Positions 28,467-32,000 of a stretch of DNA of 32,000 nucleotides are shown here, in pieces (positions within the stretch are counted from its first letter, which is position 1; each line of letters begins with the position of its first letter). The DNA comes from Alkalilimnicola ehrlichii MLHE-1 (GTDB lineage: Bacteria; Pseudomonadota; Gammaproteobacteria; Nitrococcales; Halorhodospiraceae): contig NC_008340.1 in NCBI RefSeq assembly GCF_000014785.1, positions 930,001-962,000 on the forward strand, in the 5' to 3' direction. The position numbers were made by a program, and so were the translations under genes. A model generated the notes under the pieces. The model saw only the letters and a program-made list of their open reading frames with translations, was not told where the DNA came from and did not search any database.

Positions 28467-29801
28467 ATGCCCAGATCAACCATCGACGATACGTTACCCC
28501 CTATGCGCGCCGGCGAGCGCGAAAGCCGCGCCGGCGGCGAGCAGTACTGCCTGAGCCCTCTGCCCCTGCCCATCGACAGCGAACACGGCGTGGACGTGGC
28601 TCACATCGACGTGCGCCACGACGAGGTCACGATGGACCTGCGCCAGGGCGCCACCCCCGAGAGTCTCCTGGTTACGGGGCATATTGCCAGTGGGCTCATG
28701 ACTTTTTTGGCAGGACTGGCCCTCGTTTTCTTGCTGAGTGCCGTGTACAAGGGATCCCTTCCCTTCGAACTGGTAGTAGCAGGAGTGGGGGTTACTTACG
28801 GAATTGCGCTGTTTCCCTTCTTCATCGGCATTCTCTATCCCGATGTCATACTGAGGCGCATCCCACCCATTCGCCTGCATCGCCAACGCCGCGAGGTGGC
28901 CTTCGTGGTGGAGAGCCGGGGACAGAGCATTTGGTTACCCGACCCAACTAACATGTGGTTGGCGTCCACGGCCGGCACCATTGCCATGCTCACCGGATTT
29001 TTTGCAATATGGGATTCTGTGGAGTTTTTCCGCCCTGACGTTGAGGCGGCATTTCCTCTCATGATGCTGCTCCTGCATATCGCCTCCCTGGCCTTCCTGC
29101 CTCTCTATCCCTATTTCCATGACTTCTGCCGCAAGCTCGTCGGCCAACAACGCCAGACGGTGCTGGTCCCCTGGGAGGACGTGGTCGCCCTGGCGGTCTT
29201 CAACCCAAACCTCAGCGCCGGGGCGGTCACCGGCTTCGGCTGGAACTTCGCTCTGATGCCGCCCGATCCGGAACGACCCGGCTATACCCTGCCCGGGGCC
29301 GGCATCATCGTCGGGGTCGGCGGCCTCCCGGGCGCGCTGGCCCAGTGGGAGTACATCCGCCGCTTCATGGAGGAGGGGCCCGAGGCCATCACCTCTTCCG
29401 CCCGGGAGTGGGGCCTCGAGTGGTACGACGCCTACGTGGCCCGGGAAAAGGCCGAGTGCGAACGCACCCACGACAAGGCCCGCTGGCGGCGCTTTCGGCG
29501 CGAGCAGTGGTGGAATCATGCACGCTTCGCCCACTGGTACACCGAGTACCGCATGAAGCATGTGCTGCCCAAGGCGGTGCCCAAGGGCTGGCTGGCGGGG
29601 TGGTCCAGGCCCCTTCCCCGGGACCAGTGGGCCCGACCTTCGCGCGAACTCACTGAACTCGGCGAACAGCTACGCGCGGCCTACCAGCGCGGCGAGAAGT
29701 TCATCAAGATGGGCAATATCGAGAAACGCTTTGGGGTCGAGGTAGAGCCCTCCCCAGGTACGGCTTATCGCACACTGCCATTTGCGGCCAGCGCGGCCTG
29801 A
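28467..29801 (+). CDS. Second DUF6708-like polytopic membrane protein, candidate immunity protein
   Basis: Multiple TM segments; PIRLHRQRREVAFV and QQRQTVLVPWEDVVALAVF match PLRFNRRTREVYF and TPWDEAVAWLQ of the 25373-26389 product. Start at 28467 (MPRSTIDD). Confidence 0.6.
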   Translation: MPRSTIDDTLPPMRAGERESRAGGEQYCLSPLPLPIDSEHGVDVAHIDVRHDEVTMDLRQGATPESLLVTGHIASGLMTFLAGLALVFLLSAVYKGSLPFELVVAGVGVTYGIALFPFFIGILYPDVILRRIPPIRLHRQRREVAFVVESRGQSIWLPDPTNMWLASTAGTIAMLTGFFAIWDSVEFFRPDVEAAFPLMMLLLHIASLAFLPLYPYFHDFCRKLVGQQRQTVLVPWEDVVALAVFNPNLSAGAVTGFGWNFALMPPDPERPGYTLPGAGIIVGVGGLPGALAQWEYIRRFMEEGPEAITSSAREWGLEWYDAYVAREKAECERTHDKARWRRFRREQWWNHARFAHWYTEYRMKHVLPKAVPKGWLAGWSRPLPRDQWARPSRELTELGEQLRAAYQRGEKFIKMGNIEKRFGVEVEPSPGTAYRTLPFAASAA

Positions 29802-29834
29802 GCCGGCGCCATGAGCCAGACACCAACCGTTACG

Positions 29835-30105
29835 CTGCTCCAGGCTGCCCAGCCCAGAGCGGGCCTGTAAAAGGTATGCGGCGGCAAAGGAGTAAGGCCA
29901 TGGACCAAGGCGCCATGGCCGTCCTGCATGGCACGGCCTACTCGACATCGGTGGGGCGGAGGCGCCCGACGGCCCCGTCTACCGATTCATCTACCACGAC
30001 ACCCGGGACGGCGACCGGCTGAGCTCCCTTACCGGCACCCTGTACTATCGCCCGTTCCCCGATCTCACCCTGCCCCCCATCCGGATCAACTAGCCATGCA
30101 GCACC
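29835..30105 (+). pseudogene. Chimeric remnant of a vgrG-adaptor-effector-membrane-protein cassette
   Basis: 29835-29914 aligns ungapped with 22181-22260 (about 63/80 identical). 29915-29944 aligns with 22339-22368 (about 27/30). 29941-30100 aligns with 25218-25377 (about 154/160). The middle of the cassette is absent and the joined frames do not match. Confidence 0.88.
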
Positions 30106-30353
30106 GGCGTCGGCGCGACCTGGGCATCGAACTGATGCTCGATGCCCCCGAGGGCTTCACCAGCGACTTCACGGGGCCGGCCGCCGAAATGACGGCATCG
30201 TCGCGGTACCCCTGCCGGACCCGCATGAGCGCCGAGCAGGACAGCGTCTTCCGGCGCGCGGCGGGGCATGCGCTGGTGTTTGTCCTGCCCGTGGGGCACC
30301 CCGAAGCTCCCACGTCGCCCAGCTCCGTCTGGTCAAGACCGCAGAGCGGGTGA
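30096..30353 (+). CDS. Small ORF in the position of a cassette downstream gene (possible orphan immunity remnant)
   Basis: 85 aa MQHRRRRDLGIELMLDAPEGFTSDFTGPAAEMTASSRYP...; preceded by TAGCC-ATGCAGCAC identical to the start context at 25368-25381. Confidence 0.3.
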   Translation: MQHRRRRDLGIELMLDAPEGFTSDFTGPAAEMTASSRYPCRTRMSAEQDSVFRRAAGHALVFVLPVGHPEAPTSPSSVWSRPQSG

Positions 30354-30791
30354 GGGTAGTGGTCGACGGGCCGGCCATCTCTCGCGTGCTGGTGGGCTTG
30401 GCGATTTACAATTTGGCCGGTGAACTCGCAGGGTTACTTCACGTTGACCCAGACGAAGAGATTAGTTTGCAGGAGGCGAGGCTTGGTAGTGCAGGCCTCG
30501 ATCTGGTTGCGGCGTCCTGTTCCTGTCCATATCGACTCCCATCAGAGGGTGGTGGAGGATGCCGAACTGGTCCAGCACGAGGGTCGGCAGGACCGCGAGT
30601 TTTACAAGTCGGATGACTGGTGGTGGAACCACAAGCGGATCAGCTGCCTGAAGAGCCAGCTAGGGCTCTCAGTGGTATTGATAGGCTTCCCACCCAATCA
30701 ACTACCCCTGGCGCCAACTATGCTGCCAGTTGACCCCACAGATCGGCTGAATCGACATGGGCGCCTACCGGGAACAGCAGGCCCGGCAGAA

Positions 30792-30820
30792 TTGACGCCC
30801 CCCGGCGGGGCAGGTAGAAT
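30792..30820 (+). promoter_or_regulatory. Sigma70-like promoter for rplU-rpmA
   Basis: TTGACG - 17 bp - TAGAAT, leaving a leader of about 120 nt before the rplU ATG. Confidence 0.72.
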
Positions 30821-30946
30821 CCGCGCTCTTGAATCCGCTGCAGGTCGCGGCCCGGGTGTCCAGCCGGGAGAAGGCGGCCGGTCACCCGGTATCAGCGGAG
30901 TGGCAAGCGAACACCAGCCAACAGATTCACTAACGGAGAACGGGTC

Positions 30947-31261
30947 ATGTACGCCGTTATCAAGACCGGAGGCAAGCAGTACAAGGTCTCCGAGGGAGAC
31001 GTCCTGCGCGTCGAGAAGCTCGCCGGTGAGGCGGGCGCTTCCGTGGAGTTCGACCAGGTTCTGATGGTCGGCGAGGGCGACGACGTCAAGGTCGGCGCGC
31101 CCACCGTGGAGGGCGGCAAGGTGACCGCCGAGGTGCTGGGTCAGGGCCGTGCCCGCAAGATCGAGATCCAGAAGTTCAAGCGCCGCAAGCAGTATCGCCG
31201 CTTCGCCGGTCATCGGCAGCAGTTCACCGAGGTCAAGATCACCGGCATCTCCGCCGGCTGA
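30947..31261 (+). CDS. rplU: 50S ribosomal protein L21
   Basis: 104 aa [25 protein letters not shown]...[26 protein letters not shown]. Confidence 0.98.
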   Translation: MYAVIKTGGKQYKVSEGDVLRVEKLAGEAGASVEFDQVLMVGEGDDVKVGAPTVEGGKVTAEVLGQGRARKIEIQKFKRRKQYRRFAGHRQQFTEVKITGISAG

Positions 31262-31280
31262 TTCGGGAGGTTCAGCACTC

Positions 31281-31541
31281 ATGGCACACAAGAAGGCAGG
31301 CGGCAGCACTCGTAACGGCCGCGATTCAGAGAGTAAGCGTCTTGGCGTGAAGCGCTTTGGCGGTCAGAACGTGCTGGCCGGCAACATCCTGGTGCGCCAG
31401 CGTGGCACGCACTTCCACGCCGGTGAGAACGTCGGTCTGGGCAAGGACCACACCCTGTTCGCGAAGGCGGACGGTCAGGTGGTCTTCGAGCGCAAGGGCC
31501 CGCGCAACCGCCGCTACGTCAGCGTGCGCACCGTGCAGTAA
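31281..31541 (+). CDS. rpmA: 50S ribosomal protein L27
   Basis: [73 protein letters not shown]. Confidence 0.98.
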   Translation: MAHKKAGGSTRNGRDSESKRLGVKRFGGQNVLAGNILVRQRGTHFHAGENVGLGKDHTLFAKADGQVVFERKGPRNRRYVSVRTVQ

Positions 31542-31583
31542 ACACCACGCCCGGGCCATCCCGGCCTGCGTGAGTTTCCGGAA

Positions 31584-31610
31584 AGCCTCGTGTGTGCGCA
31601 CGGGGCTTTT
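31584..31610 (+). terminator. Rho-independent terminator/attenuator between rpmA and obg
   Basis: AGCCTCGTG-TGTGCG-CACGGGGCT stem (9 pairs) followed by TTTTCTTG. Confidence 0.7.
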
Positions 31611-31630
31611 CTTGTATGCGGAAGGGCTAA

Positions 31631-32000
<370 letters not shown>

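Noticed and set aside
29928-30353. 141-aa ORF starting MARPTRHRWGGGARR
   Set aside because: Its first 56 codons are an out-of-frame reading of the duplicated effector tail. Only the segment from ATG 30096 has a plausible start context.
30698-31309. 203-aa minus-strand ORF
   Set aside because: Antisense to rplU and its promoter region; shadow ORF.

Overview
High-GC window, probably from a halophilic or ectothiorhodospiraceal gammaproteobacterium (inference only). The left half is largely housekeeping: a short MgtE/CBS-like protein, mgtE, dcd, an ArsC-family reductase, a SbcC/YhaN + SbcD/YhaO-like pair, a peroxiredoxin, an MBL hydrolase, queD, a PAS-GGDEF-EAL protein, tRNA-Pro(CGG), ispB, a Usp protein, a BCCT transporter, a 3'-5' exonuclease and a cNMP/CBS/nucleotidyltransferase protein. 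The right edge is rplU-rpmA-obg. The most interesting part is about 10 kb (20150-30353) immediately left of rplU. It holds an orphan type VI secretion cassette: vgrG, a DUF4123-like adaptor, a VasX/BTH_I2691-like effector, a DUF6708-like membrane protein, a second effector-like protein without the VasX-type head, and a second divergent DUF6708-like membrane protein. Downstream of it lies a chimeric remnant (29835-30105). That remnant is stitched from the vgrG-3'/DUF4123-5' junction and the effector-3'/membrane-protein-5' junction, with the middle deleted. This indicates that a further cassette copy once existed and has decayed. No structural T6SS genes are present in the window. All family names come from recognising motifs by eye; no database search was run.
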